64,000 nt of DNA from Amphiscolops sp. MND2022 (taxonomy: Eukaryota): NCBI GenBank assembly GCA_964187785.1, contig OZ076415.1:30132001-30196000 (forward strand), written 5' to 3'. The translations under genes were made by a program, and so were the position numbers. Within the stretch, counting starts at the first letter, position 1. Each line of letters begins with the position of its first letter. This document shows positions 34,005 to 46,925 of this stretch, piece after piece. The notes below the pieces were generated by a model. It searched no databases. It was not told where the DNA came from and worked only from the letters and a program-made list of their open reading frames with translations.

Positions 34005-36502
34005 TATAAAGTTCGTACATTGGCCAATGAATGTTAGACTTCCCATATGAAAATTTTATTGAAAATCACTGAGTATAACCATGTCAAGTGAAGTCTAATG
34101 ATATTGAAACATTTTACCTTTAAAAACTCTGGTTTGATGACCAGACAATGAGGGTCCAATTCCTCGGTTACTGTAAGGTACAACAAAAGTGATTCATTGT
34201 GGCAAATGGCTTTGCATTAGCCAATGAGGTCAAAGAAATTTTGTTTTCCTGTGGAAAACCTGAAACCGTAAAGAATAATCATCGTTGATGTGTGAAATGG
34301 TTTAACCATATTAAAAAGCCGTGATACCACTAGTAATACCTGCAGAGTCTTCGACGCCATATGAAATTTCCATGGTGGTACTGAAATTTCTAAATTGGGG
34401 GGTAAACTAAAGTGGTTTCAACAATAAAATACATCCTTCTATAATTTTAGGCAATATTTTGGAAAATTCAAACTTCGGTACTTCAATTAGTGTATGAATA
34501 CGTACTTATAAAGTGCACTCTGTGTTGGTGGGAAGTTTGCGCAAAAATAGGTCTTGACGAACTTCAAAAATTTTCATTTCGAATGAATTCAATACAGGAT
34601 AATCAATAGTAAATGATTTTTTTAATAACAAAAAGAAAAAGCACTTTAACGTTACAAAACTTGAAAGCTAATGTAAGTCCACGAACAAAATGATTAACTG
34701 GTATTATTGCGCTACTATTGTTCTTAGGTCTGACCTTGTGTTGAAGGTATGTTGAGGCTCACAATATGTCGACATGGTCGAACTACTTCTGTGTCGGTCC
34801 CAGAATCGTCCTTTGTTTGTTAAGGTCATATCTAGGAAGCAGCAATAACTAGCTAGTATACTGTATTAACAAAAACAGTTTTCTAAAATTTTATGGAATA
34901 ACAAAGTCTTCTGTTCAAACTTCGCTTTAGAGTGTGAGTTTGATTTCACTGTAAGCATGAAATTTAGGGAGTCACAGTGAAATGAAGGGATAACGTGAAG
35001 TACGTAGAAGGTGACTTTAAAGAAGCATTGCGAAATATAAAGTATTGCGCAAAAGTGAAGTGAAAAGTTGACGACAAGATAAGAAAAGGATTAGAGGGAG
35101 CTGGTAAAAATGGAACACAGGATGCCTCCGGGTGTTCATAGCCGGCAGAATTGGCAAATAAATAAATCCAGTTTCCATGACTTGCGTACACACGAAAAAC
35201 AGTTCTATCAAACCAACTTTGTTCACACCGGCACAGTACAATGTTTCCCAGTTTGCTGCAAATTTTCCCTCACAGTGGAAGAAGTTGGAAAAGAAATTTT
35301 CATTCCAACAGAAGAACTTGTTCCGGATTATAACATATATATGGATCAGCTAACAGCTGTAACATACATGAATGTGAATGGATAAATGACTGCATTTATA
35401 TGGTAAGCATTTTACCTGTATATTTATAAGGGGAGGGGAAATACAAGTGAAACCAGGGCGGTGGCGTCAAGGTGACCAAAAGGGTTTTTGAACCTCGAAC
35501 AAAGGGCTTCAAATTTTTCAATATAACTTAATGTCCAAATTAAACCAGATAATATTAACCTGTAATAGTTTTCCCAAAGCTCTCCCGTTATGGCGCTATT
35601 GTCTATATCCCCAGGGCTATTTCAGTATACCACACATTAATAAGCAGATCTTGGAAAAACAAATCAAGTTTATTTAATCGCCGGAGACAAATTAATTCGA
35701 CGCTCGGGAGCAATAACAGCTGTCGTGCAATTGGATCTGTTTCTCTCCTCAAACTCAAATTTTATAGCCTCAATATTTTCCCACTTCCTTTCCTTCATTC
35801 TTTCCTTCAATCTGTTCATGATTTTCAGGTCAAAGAATAACAGCGCTTCCGGTTAAACTTCCAATTTCGAATTCTTACCCGCCAAAAATTAGACACTTTA
35901 GTTTTCGCGAAAGAAAAATGTAAAATCGATTTTAATCAAATTGGGTTGCTTTATCAATATTTAGACTTTTCAGAACAATAGAATTTTATATAGGCAAAAG
36001 ACAAATTTTATAAAAGTTGTCCATAAAACTACGGGTTCTGGGGTTACTGCAAATGCAAGAAAATAACGTAAACAAGTCTTCTTCTTTTGTTATTCTTACA
36101 GAATAAACCGCAGTAAACAAGTGAAATCTGTTCTGAGCTAACAGTATCAAATTTATGGATCGTTATTTTGACACAAGAATGTCTTTTCCCTGCCTGGAAA
36201 ACAGTATACTGTGTACAATGCAGGCTAATGGAAAGTCTGAAAATTACAAATTTGGTAAGTACTTTCTCTGTACTCTGCAGCAAAATTCGATAAAATTGTG
36301 ATTCGAACTTTTAACCAAGCAATGCTCTGCTGGCAGATTTTGTGCATAAACAAGATGAATAAAAAATAGATTTTTTGAGAATCAGTGCGCACGAATCCAT
36401 GATTATTTCTTGAATTGTATAAGCAAAAACTTCTTGAAGTGTTGATTTCGCTTCTCATTAAAAAAACTTTTGCTGCAGAGTACAGAGAAAGTACATACCA
36501 AA

Positions 36503-36713
36503 TGTGGCATGAAGTAGACAATTCATGGCCAACTCACAAACAAATTCATGTACCTGTCAAAATCTGATGTCATTTAACACGTAACATACAATACATTGTT
36601 GATACGATTTAGTTGTGACACACAACTTAGAACTTTGTCTACAGTTGCTAATCTTATCCTCAGTACGCTTTTAATTTAACCTTATTATCCACCTTTTTCC
36701 TCAGTCAACTTTA
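36503..36713 (+). repeat. 5' LTR of element C (ends TA)
   Basis: Direct repeat of 41989-42199; PBS starts at 36714. Confidence 0.93.
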
Positions 36714-36743
36714 TGGCGCCGTCAGCAATTTGAACAGAACAAC

Positions 36744-39700
36744 ATGGAAAACCACAGCGACCCAAATTCAACCGAAGGTGGACCGAATTCACCGGAACAG
36801 CCAACCAGAACTAACAATAATCAAACAACATCCGAATGGACGGAACGAAGCAAAGACAAAATCCCGATTTTATTGGACAGAGAAACGGACCTCACAAAGA
36901 TCAACCCAAAAATGTGGTGGGAACAGACATCGGAATATATACATCTGACATATAGCCAAATTCTTGACGAAATCATAGCTCAAGGAACCGAGTACATGGA
37001 CCCACACACCGTACTCTATATAACGACATAACGGGCGACGTCATTTGGGCGCTCGGCCCAAAAGCCAAACACGAAATTATGAGAGGTCAGTGGAGCCTAG
37101 AATTAAAAGATGTCAATCTACTGGACTAACTGACATTATTCAAGAAAACATTTCTTGCGGCAAGAAACCTATTCCATAGCAGTGCACAATTCTTCAAAAA
37201 GAAACAGGATGATGACGAAACATTGGACGAATATTGGAAAAGGTTAATGGACATCGAAAGCAAATGCAATTTTAACAGTATCACAGCGGAAGAAATTATA
37301 CCTACAAATTTGCGGCCACCATCAAAGACGAAAAGGCCCGAGACAAGTTCATAAAGGGCACGCTGAAAATCCAACTGGTACTAGAAACCATCGAACTCGA
37401 CAACGTTAACGGAAATACGGGGATAAAAAACCGAGGAATAGAAAACACAGAAAATATTCAACAAACAGTTTATCGGGAGACGAACACCGGACATACCCAC
37501 CAAACACGGAAACGAAAATCAATTTTTAACGAGAAGAGAAAATTTTCAAACCGGAATTCTCGCTTTTGTGGAAAACCGAAGTGGTCATTGGAACATATGA
37601 GCCCGGCAAGGATGTCACAATGCCACAACTGCAAAAAATGAGACAATTTGCCAAGGTGTGCAAATCCAAGACCGTCAAACTGATAAGTGAAACACCGTCG
37701 CCGGGTACCAATACCGAACCATGGGCAGAAATTGACCATATTCAATCCGTCAACGGCATCAATCGAGTTGATTTCTACAAAACAGTCATTTTGGTCCAGG
37801 GACAACCAATAGAATTCATCATCGATACCGGCTCACCAGTGACAATTATACCGCCGATAATTAGTCCGATCGAAATGAAGAAAACAGCAAAAAGTTTCGT
37901 GGATGTAAACAAAAAACCAATACACTTCGAAGGCGAAGCAATGGTGGAAGTGAAAACGGAGAAAAGCAAGGAGATATTACCATTTCTCATTACAGAAAAC
38001 AAAAACCCTCAACCATTATTGGGCCTAGATTGGTTAGACAAATTGGAAATTGGTCTACAGGCCAGAAAGAAAACAAATGTCATACGTCACGTGGAAGAAG
38101 ACGAAAGACGAGAAAGAATTATCCACGAATACGAAGACTTATTCAAAAACAACCATACTATCAAAGATCTCCTATTGATATCCAATTGAAACAAGACATC
38201 AAACCCATTCAACAAAAAGGGCGACCCGTCCCATTCATTTCCAAAAGATCGTGCGAGAAGAAATAGAAAAATAAATCGAAAAGGGACATCTCGAAGGGCT
38301 GACAACACCACCGAAAAAAGCTTTATATCACCCGCAGTCATTACAATAAAGAAAGACAAATCGGTCAAAATAGCGCTGGATTCGGGAAAACTAAACGAGG
38401 CATGTGAAAAAGGACATTACCGTTTCAGGAAAGGTTTTTACGGGCTGTCGGATATCTCCACTGTATTCCAGGAACACATAGAGACTGTACTTGAATTTAA
38501 AACACCAGTTTGGCTAGATGATATCATTTGCGTAACTATTGGCAGCCTTGAAGACCACGAACAGGAAGTGCGAGAAGTTCTCACAAAATTACAAAACGTT
38601 GGAGATCGAGCCAGCGGAAAGGAAACTGAACTATTCAAAAAAGAACTGACATGGCTGGGCTACTATATTAACCAAGAAGGCGTGAAACCAATCAAAGATA
38701 AAACAGAAGCAATCACCAAACTGAAAGCACCGAAGAACGTGAAAGAAGTATAATCGTTCCTGAGCTCCATTCAACATCTCTCGAAGTTCATCAACAATCT
38801 ATCGAAGAAGACAGAAAGAATGAGGAAACTCCTGAAGAAAGACGTCAAATGGGAATGGACACCGGAGACAGAAAAAGATTTCGAAAGATTGAAAAACGAG
38901 ATCACGGAAGCCCCGTGTCTGGCCCACTTTGACCCGAAGAGAGACAATTACATCACAACTGATGCTATAATACGGGACTGGGCGCAACATTGAGGCAAAA
39001 AGAAGATGAAGTACTCAGACCTGTAGCCTCTGCAAGTAGATTTTTACGCGATTGCGACGAAAATACGCAATAAATGAACTAGAGTTGTTAGGGGCATTAC
39101 GGGGGCTAGAATATTTCAGGTATTATGTTTACGGAAAAAGGGTAAATTTGTTAACAGATCACCAGGAGTTTCAACCATTATTGAAAAAGAACCGAGCACA
39201 CAAGCAGTACAGCGCTAGATTAACACGTTGGCTGGATAGATTGAGCCGTTTCGATGTTAATGTGCAGTATTGAGCGTGCAGTTTTGAGCGTGCAGTATTA
39301 ACGGACTACTTGAGCCGACATCCGATCGTACCGACCGAGCTTACCGAATTAGAAAACAAAGCGGACGGACAAAATGAAACGGAAGCTGAAAAAGAGTTCG
39401 TCGTTAATCATTTATACGGTCTCTTTGAATTCAACCAAACGCGCGTAATTATAAAACGATTCACCGAACAAGCGACAATGAGAGAAAATTGCGACCAATC
39501 ACTACGCGATAAAAACATACGTGAACCAAATGAAAAGAATCATTTGCTCAAATTTTCATCGTTGCCGAACGGTACTAATTCAATCGCCTTAAATAAAGTT
39601 TTACCGTCCTCAATAAACAAAACGGACTATTTCAATGGCATCGACATGGAAGTTATATACAAGAAAAGGGGCCTTTCCCCAGAAACAAAACGCCTCTGGG

Positions 39701-41810
39701 TTGAAAGAAACCACATCCTCAGGACCGACAAAACCAGAATTATAGGCAAACGGAAGGACAACGAGAGGATACAAGAGTATCGACCATCGCAGATCGGCCG
39801 CAAACGAATTGTTAAACTGAACATTGAAGTTTACAACCGTTTTTTCCGTTACTGCGAGACCCTCGGAACAACTCCCCCATAAGAAATTAAACAAAACAAC
39901 AACGAGTCTTAGATAAACAGCAATCAGTCTGATGGCGAAAACCAGATAAGCCGAATTAAACCAGACAAAAGCCCCACAAATGCGTTGAAGAAATTCCGCA
40001 AACACGAAAGGGTAAATCTTTTTTGGCTGAAACAGACAGCAAAAATCAACACTCTCAATCCGGAACAGAACGAGGTCAAAAAGAAAGCCGAGAAGGACTT
40101 CTCACTGGACCTACCATTACTGGTAGACGAAACCGCTCAGGATATAAAAAGTCTAAACGCGACTGCAGTCATTGAAAAGGAGCAGCTTGAGAGCTTTTTC
40201 TATCCTTACCGTTCCACCTAACGATAAATTTGTCATACCCGAGAACATGAGGACCACTTTTAACGCCATGCTGCATCAAGGCCACACGTCGGCTGCGAAA
40301 ATGGATCAGCTCGCTGAGTCTTTCTGGTGGCCGGGGATGCACAGAGAGATCCAAGAAAAAGCAGAAACATGCCCGAGTTGCAGAGCTGCAGGTAAGAACA
40401 TTACAACACAAATTCCGTCAACGAAGAAAAATAATTTGGAAATTTTAACCGAACCGAACCAAGAAATTCAATTGGACTTTGCCGGTCCAATCCAATCAAA
40501 GACGCGCAGCGAGGTATATATTTTAGTAGCTATCGACCGTTTCAGTAGATGACCTACCGCACACCCTTGCAAAAACGCGGACACACGGACCGTCTTAAAA
40601 TTTTTAACGAAGTATTTCACGGATAACGGAACACCACGGTGCATTCGAACAGACAACGGTAGCTGTTTTCAAAGTAACGAATTTAAAAAATTCTGCAAAG
40701 GCGAAAACATCAAACGCATAAGGTGCACTCCGAATTTACACACCGGTACAGGCTTAGTCGAACGAACAATACGGACAATTAAATCATTTACCAGAGCAAT
40801 TATGCCAGACGGATTAATATTTGAAGACAGCGTTCAACTAGCAATCAAAACAATTAGATAGACGCCGCATAGTAGATTAAACATGACACCTTTCCAAATG
40901 CAGCTAGGCAGGAAACCACGGACTGCAGTTACAAGTTTACTCGGCAAACCAGAATGTCTACTATCTAATTGGAAAAAAACATTAACCAATTACATTTCAG
41001 CTCAGCCGACGGAACTGCAGGTCTTCACAATCATGGTACTTAATGATATCAGGAAAAGGGGCCGTTCGGTGAGCCGGAATTTTAAAAAGTATCAATTTTT
41101 TGAAAAAGAGAAAAAACCTGATTCAATAAAATGCGGATTCAAAGCCGACCAATTTTTAACTGCGATAAAAGAAACTGACCACACTCACACTATCAGCACC
41201 TCTGAAGGAAAAATTATACATATAAAGCTAGCCTCTAAACCACTGAAATTTCAGATCTCCAGAAAACTTGACGAACTGAGGAAGACCATCAGCAGATGCC
41301 GCAGATGCGGGAAATTCAGTAGCGACGAGTACTGCGAGACTCACTGGCGCCTCAAAACCGATGGAGATCTAAACAACAATCAGGCGGACAACGAAGCTGG
41401 TACAAGTCGAACAATACCAACAATGCCATCGAAAAAGCTTACATATAGCCGTGTGGTCATGTATGACTCATCCAGCCGTGACTCTGACTCTATGGTGCCA
41501 AATGTGGACAAAGAGAGCTCCGATACGGACAGTAACTCCGAGGAGACCAGTCTGAAAGCCGAAATCGGACGGCAAATCAAGACGTTACGGGCTCAGACGC
41601 CAACAATGACATCGCCATTTGGGTGCAGCACCCTACTCTTTCGCAACTCGATCCATCAGGCACCCTGATAAGGAGCCAAGAGGCAAATACCGTCATAGCG
41701 GAAGAAAGGAACAAAGAAGGAATGACAGTTAAACTAAGGTCAAAACAAGCTAACGAAGAGATAAGAAAGAAAGTAAGATTTGAATTAGAACGACGTAGAT
41801 CAGAAGGATA
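36744..41810 (+). pseudogene. gag-pol of element C, fragmented by many stops and frameshifts
   Basis: ORF pieces 36744.., 37566.., 38568.., 39052.., 39310.., 40172.., 40883.. carry gag, PR, RT, RH and IN motifs in order. Confidence 0.9.
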
Positions 41811-41988
41811 AAAACAGCAAAAAGGGTGGGAAAGTTTGGTGGGGTTGAATATTTTGAATAAATTTAGTCGTTTAGGAAACACCTTCAGCCCTCCTACCTC
41901 GAGAAGATATCAAATGACACCATTCCCTCGCCTGAAAAAGGAAATGCCAAATCATGAATGGTTCCCCTAAAACCCGCGGAGGGGGAAA

Positions 41989-42199
41989 TGTGGCATGAAG
42001 TAGACAATTCATGGCCAACTCACAAACAAATTCATTTACCTGCCAAAATCTGATGTCATGTAACACGTAACATACAATACCTTGTTGATGCGATTTATTT
42101 GTAACACACAACTTAGAACTTTGTCTACAGTTGCTATTCTTATCCTCAGTACGCTTTTAATTTAACCTTATTATCCACCTTTTTTCTCAGTCAACATTA
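41989..42199 (+). repeat. 3' LTR of element C (PPT at 41978-41988)
   Basis: Direct repeat; followed by the TSD CCAAA. Confidence 0.93.
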
Positions 42200-42538
42200 C
42201 CAAATTTATAACTTTCAGACTTTCCATTAGCTTGAATGGTTATGGAGCAGCTCTGTTCTCCATTTACAGCATCACAAAAACGTTTGAAACGTTTGTACTG
42301 ATAGCATATATAAAAAGACCTAGTGGAAAGTTTCAGAAATGTTGTTGCTCCGTCTCAATTTACACCGATGCTATTTCCGACCCCTCACTTTTAAAGGTTA
42401 AAGTCAAGGCGGCGTACTACTCAAGGCATGCAGGATTTGCATTAAACTGAGTGTATTGTGTGCTTGGTTTACCGAAACTCTTATTTCACCAAACAACACA
42501 TGAAAAAGAGTTTTATAGAAATCCTGATTCTACAGAAT

Positions 42539-43189
42539 AACAAGCCGGGACCGGCCCAAGTCGGCGCCATATCCAAGGCTCAAAAATAGCAAAAAGACTT
42601 CCAAGTGTCAAGTATTCGTTTACAGTAGTCGAAAATCGAAAATTTTTCGAATTTTTTTTTGAAAAAATTACATACTAAAAAAATGGACCGAGTGGCGCGC
42701 TAACGTCTCACAATGCCGAAAAACTGAAAGGGGGGCCTTTTGAGGTTTTTCAACATCCATTCTGTCGCAAAACATGAAAAAATTGAAGAAAACAAAAATT
42801 TTCATTTTCGGGAAAAAATCTCACAATGCCGAAAAAAAAACTGAAAGGGGGGACCCTTTGGGATTTTTCAACATCCATTCTGTTGCAAAACATCAAAAAA
42901 ATGCAGGGGGAACCTTTGAGGAAAAAAAATTCCGAAGAAAAAAATTCCGAAAAAAATGTCTCGCAGTGCCGAAAAAAATGAAAGGGTCTTTGGTCTCGCC
43001 CGGTATGGTATGTTACGCGGAAAAACAGGAAAAACCTTTTTGGTTCAGTTCGCTAGACCAAATAGTGCATTTTGATGCAATAATATTTTGTAGAACTTTT
43101 GTAGAACTATTTTGGTCAGTTCGTGTGGATAGAAAAAAAAGAGTCACTATAATAGTCGCGTTTCACTTCATGAAGCGCCGACTAAAAAA
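42539..43189 (-). mobile_element. HINE-like element, copy 3 (its TT-side half is repeated in the tandem array)
   Basis: AACAAGCCGGGACCGGCCCAAGTCGGCGCC ... GAAGCGCCGACTAAAAAA. Confidence 0.65.
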
Positions 43190-46100
43190 CGAAAGTATTC
43201 CAAACTTTCATCGCTTATCTGTTCGCTAATAAGCACCAAGAAAAGAAACACCAAAATGATGAGGTCTGACCTGCATTTAAAAAAGAACTGATGCATACTA
43301 AAACCTGAAAAAAATTCAGGGCTTGAAGTTACCGCAAAAGTTTAGTTGAATTTTGAAGCAGCTTGAAAATTTCAGTAAATGTTTTGAAATATCATGACAA
43401 AAGTTGTTGGTAATTTCCAAAAACAGATGAAAAGTCCAAGCAGTTTGAACGTGGGTATGGTAATGAGATACCTTACAATAGTTATCATTTTCTTGAGGTC
43501 TGCAAGGCTCCTCAAAAAGTGGGAATTTTTCAGCAATTCAATTATGAAATCCATTTGTTGGGTGAGACTACCATACCACTTCATTGCTGCCTGGTAGATT
43601 AAAAAATTCAAAAGAAAAAGCAATTTTCCCTCCGTTGGTCAAAACTAATCCTACAGACCTTAGTAAAATAATTGATTTTAACCTCATTACAAAATAATAC
43701 TTCTCTTTTGAAGATTAGCCTTTTCTATTTATATATACCTGAGAGCTAATGTGTTCGCCAGTAGAGGAAGAATTGACATGAGTTGAAAAAATTCAAATCA
43801 GTCCAAAAATAGCTGAAGTTAACTCACAACATCCTGAGTTCTCTGAAAATCGTTCATTGGTTTATCTTGAATATGTCTGGAGTGAACAGTTTCCGACCAT
43901 TGTTTCAGAAAAATCGATTCTGATTGCAATGCATGGCGCCCAAGCAATCTTTTGTTGTAAATTCGGAACTATCTAGAAAAAATAGTTCCAATGAAACAAT
44001 TCACGATCAGAGTCTTTGAACTTTTTTCACGATTAAACTCCTCCCCAAAAAGATTGTCTGCTTTATTCTAACTGACTACTAATGAACATTTGTTTTCATT
44101 TGAAAATGTTTTTATTTTAAATCTAATGGTTCTTGGTATTTGTAAAGGTTCAAGTTGAAAAAATTGAAGAAAACAAAAATTTTCATTTTCGGGAAAAAAT
44201 CTCACAATGCCGAAAAAAAACTGAAAGGGGGGACCCTTTGGGATTTTTCAACATCCATTCTGTCGCAAAACATCAAAAAAATGCAGGGGGGACCCTTTGA
44301 GGAAAAAAAATTCCGAAGAAAAAAATTCCGAAAAAAATGTCTCGCAGTGCCGAAAAAAATGAAAGGGTCTTTGGTCTCGCCCGGTATGGTATGTTACGCG
44401 GAAAAACAGGAAAAACCTTTTTGGTTCAGTTCGCTAGACCAAATAGTGCATTTTGATGCAATAACTTTTTGTAGAACTTTTGTAGAACTATTTTGGTCAG
44501 TTCGTGTGGATAGGAAAAAAAGAGTCACTATAATAGTCGCGTTTCACTTCATGAAGCGCCGACTAAAAAACGAAAGTATTCCAAACTTTCATCGCTTATC
44601 TGTTCGCTAATAAGCACCAAGAAAAGAAACACCAAAATGATGAGGTCTGACCTGCATTTAAAAAAGAACTGATGCATACTAAAACCTGAAAAAAATTCAG
44701 GGCTTGAAGTTACCGCAAAAGTTTAGTTGAATTTTGAAGCAGCTTGAAAATTTCAGTAAATGTTTTGAAATATCATGACAAAAGTTGTTGGTAATTTCCA
44801 AAAACAGATGAAAAGTCCAAGCAGTTTGAACGTGGGTATGGTAATGAGATACCTTACAATAGTTATCATTTTCTTGAGGTCTGCAAGGCTCCTCAAAAAG
44901 TGGGAATTTTTCAGCAATTCAATTATGAAATCCATTTGTTGGGTGAGACTACCATACCACTTCATTGCTGCCTGGTAGATTAAAAAATTCAAAAGAAAAA
45001 GCAATTTTCCCTCCGTTGGTCAAAACTAATCCTACAGACCTTAGTAAAATATTTGATTTTAACCTCATTACAAAATAATACTTCTCTTTTGAAGATTAGC
45101 CTTTTCTATTTATATATACCTGAGAGCTAATGTGTTCGCCAGTAGAGGAAGAATTGACATGAGTTGAAAAAATTCAAATCAGTCCAAAAATAGCTGAAGT
45201 TAACTCACAACATCCTGAGTTCTCTGAAAATCGTTCATTGGTTTATCTTGAATATGTCTGGAGTGAACAGTTTCCGACCATTGTTTCAGAAAAATCGATT
45301 CTGATTGCAATGCATGGCGCCCAAGCAATCTTTTGTTGTAAATTCGGAACTATCTAGAAAAAATAGTTCCAATGAAACAATTCACGATCAGAGTATTTGA
45401 ACTTTTTTCACGATTAAACTCCTCCCCAAAAAAGATTGTCTGCTTTATTCTAACTGACTACTAATGAACATTTGTTTTCATTTGAAAATGTTTTTATTTT
45501 AAATCTAATGGTTCTTGGTATTTGTAAAGGTTCAAGTTGAAAAAATTGAAGAAAACAAAATTTTTCATTTTCGGGAAAAAATCTCACAATGCCGAAAAAA
45601 AACTGAAAGGGGGGACCCTTTGGGATTTTTCAACATCCATTCTGTCGCAAAACATCAAAAAAATGCAGGGGGGACCCTTTGAGGAAAAAAAATTCCGAAG
45701 AAAAAAATTCCGAAAAAAATGTCTCGCAGTGCCGAAAAAAATGAAAGGGTCTTTGGTCTCGCCCGGTATGGTATGTTACGCGGAAAAACAGGAAAAGCCT
45801 TTTTGGTTCAGTTCGCTAGACCAAATAGTGCATTTTGATGCAATAATTTTTTGTAGAACTTTTGTAGAACTATTTTGGTCAGTTCGTGTGGATAGAAAAA
45901 AAAAGAGTCACTATAATAGTCGCGTTTCACTTCATGAAGCGCCGACTAAAAAACGAAAGTATTCCAAACTTTCATCGCTTATCTGTTCGCTAATAAGCAC
46001 CAAGAAAAGAAACACCAAAATGATGAGGTCTGACCTGCATTTAAAAAAGAACTGATGCATACTAAAACCTGAAAAAAATTCAGGGCTTGAAGTTACCGCA

Positions 46101-46925
46101 AAAGTTTAGTTGAATTTTGAAGCAGCTTGAAAATTTCAGTAAATGTTTTGAAATATCATGACAAAAGTTGTTGGTAATTTCCAAAAACAGATGAAAAGTC
46201 CAAGCAGTTTGAACGTGGGTATGGTAATGAGATACCTTACAATAGTTATCATTTTCTTGAGGTCTGCAAGGCTCCTCAAAAAGTGGGAATTTTTCAGCAA
46301 TTCAATTATGAAATCCATTTGTTGGGTGAGACTACCATACCACTTCATTGCTGCCTGGTAGATTAAAAAATTCAAAAGAAAAAGCAATTTTCCCTCCGTT
46401 GGTCAAAACTAATCCTACAGACCTTAGTAAAATATTTGATTTTAACCTCATTACAAAATAATACTTCTCTTTTGAAGATTAGCCTTTTCTATTTATATAT
46501 ACCTGAGAGCTAATGTGTTCGCCAGTAGAGGAAGAATTGACATCAGTTGAAAAAATTCAAATCAGTCCAAAAATAGCTGAAGTTAACTCACAACATCCTG
46601 AGTTCTCTGAAAATCGTTCATTGGTTTATCTTGAATATGTCTGGAGTGAACAGTTTCCGACCATTGTTTCAGAAAAATCGATTCTGATTGCAATGCATGG
46701 CGCCCAAGCAATCTTTTGTTGTAAATTCGGAACTATCTAGAAAAAATAGTTCCAATGAAACAATTCACGATCAGAGTATTTGAACTTTTTTCACGATTAA
46801 ACTCCTCCCCAAAAAAGATTGTCTGCTTTATTCTAACTGACTACTAATGAACATTTGTTTTCATTTGAAAATGTTTTTATTTTAAATCTAATGGTTCTTG
46901 GTATTTGTAAAGGTTCAAGTTGAAA
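42775..46925. repeat. Tandem triplication, unit ~1,382 bp
   Basis: Units start at ~42775, 44156 and 45538 and end at ~46920; TGAAA microhomology at the junctions; only a few substitutions and homopolymer differences. Confidence 0.95.

Larger units (their letters stand above)
36503..42199 (+). mobile_element. Ty3/Gypsy (Mag-like) LTR retrotransposon C, decayed, RT internally deleted
   Basis: 211-bp LTRs at 36503-36713 and 41989-42199 (about 10 differences); exact 5-bp TSD CCAAA; PBS TGGCGCCGTCAGC; PPT GGAGGGGGAAA; gag, protease (IIDTGS), RT (PVWLDD), RNase H and integrase (LHQGH, QLDFAG) remnants. Confidence 0.95.

Noticed and set aside
34960-35385. Protein-like ORF fragments (91 aa)
   Set aside because: Multiple stops in flanking frames and no assignable family.
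42774-46055. Repeated 151-172-aa Lys/Phe-rich ORFs (also 29799..30158 and 33646..33963) as genes
   Set aside because: They are incidental frames through A-rich HINE subrepeats, and their sequences change with homopolymer length.
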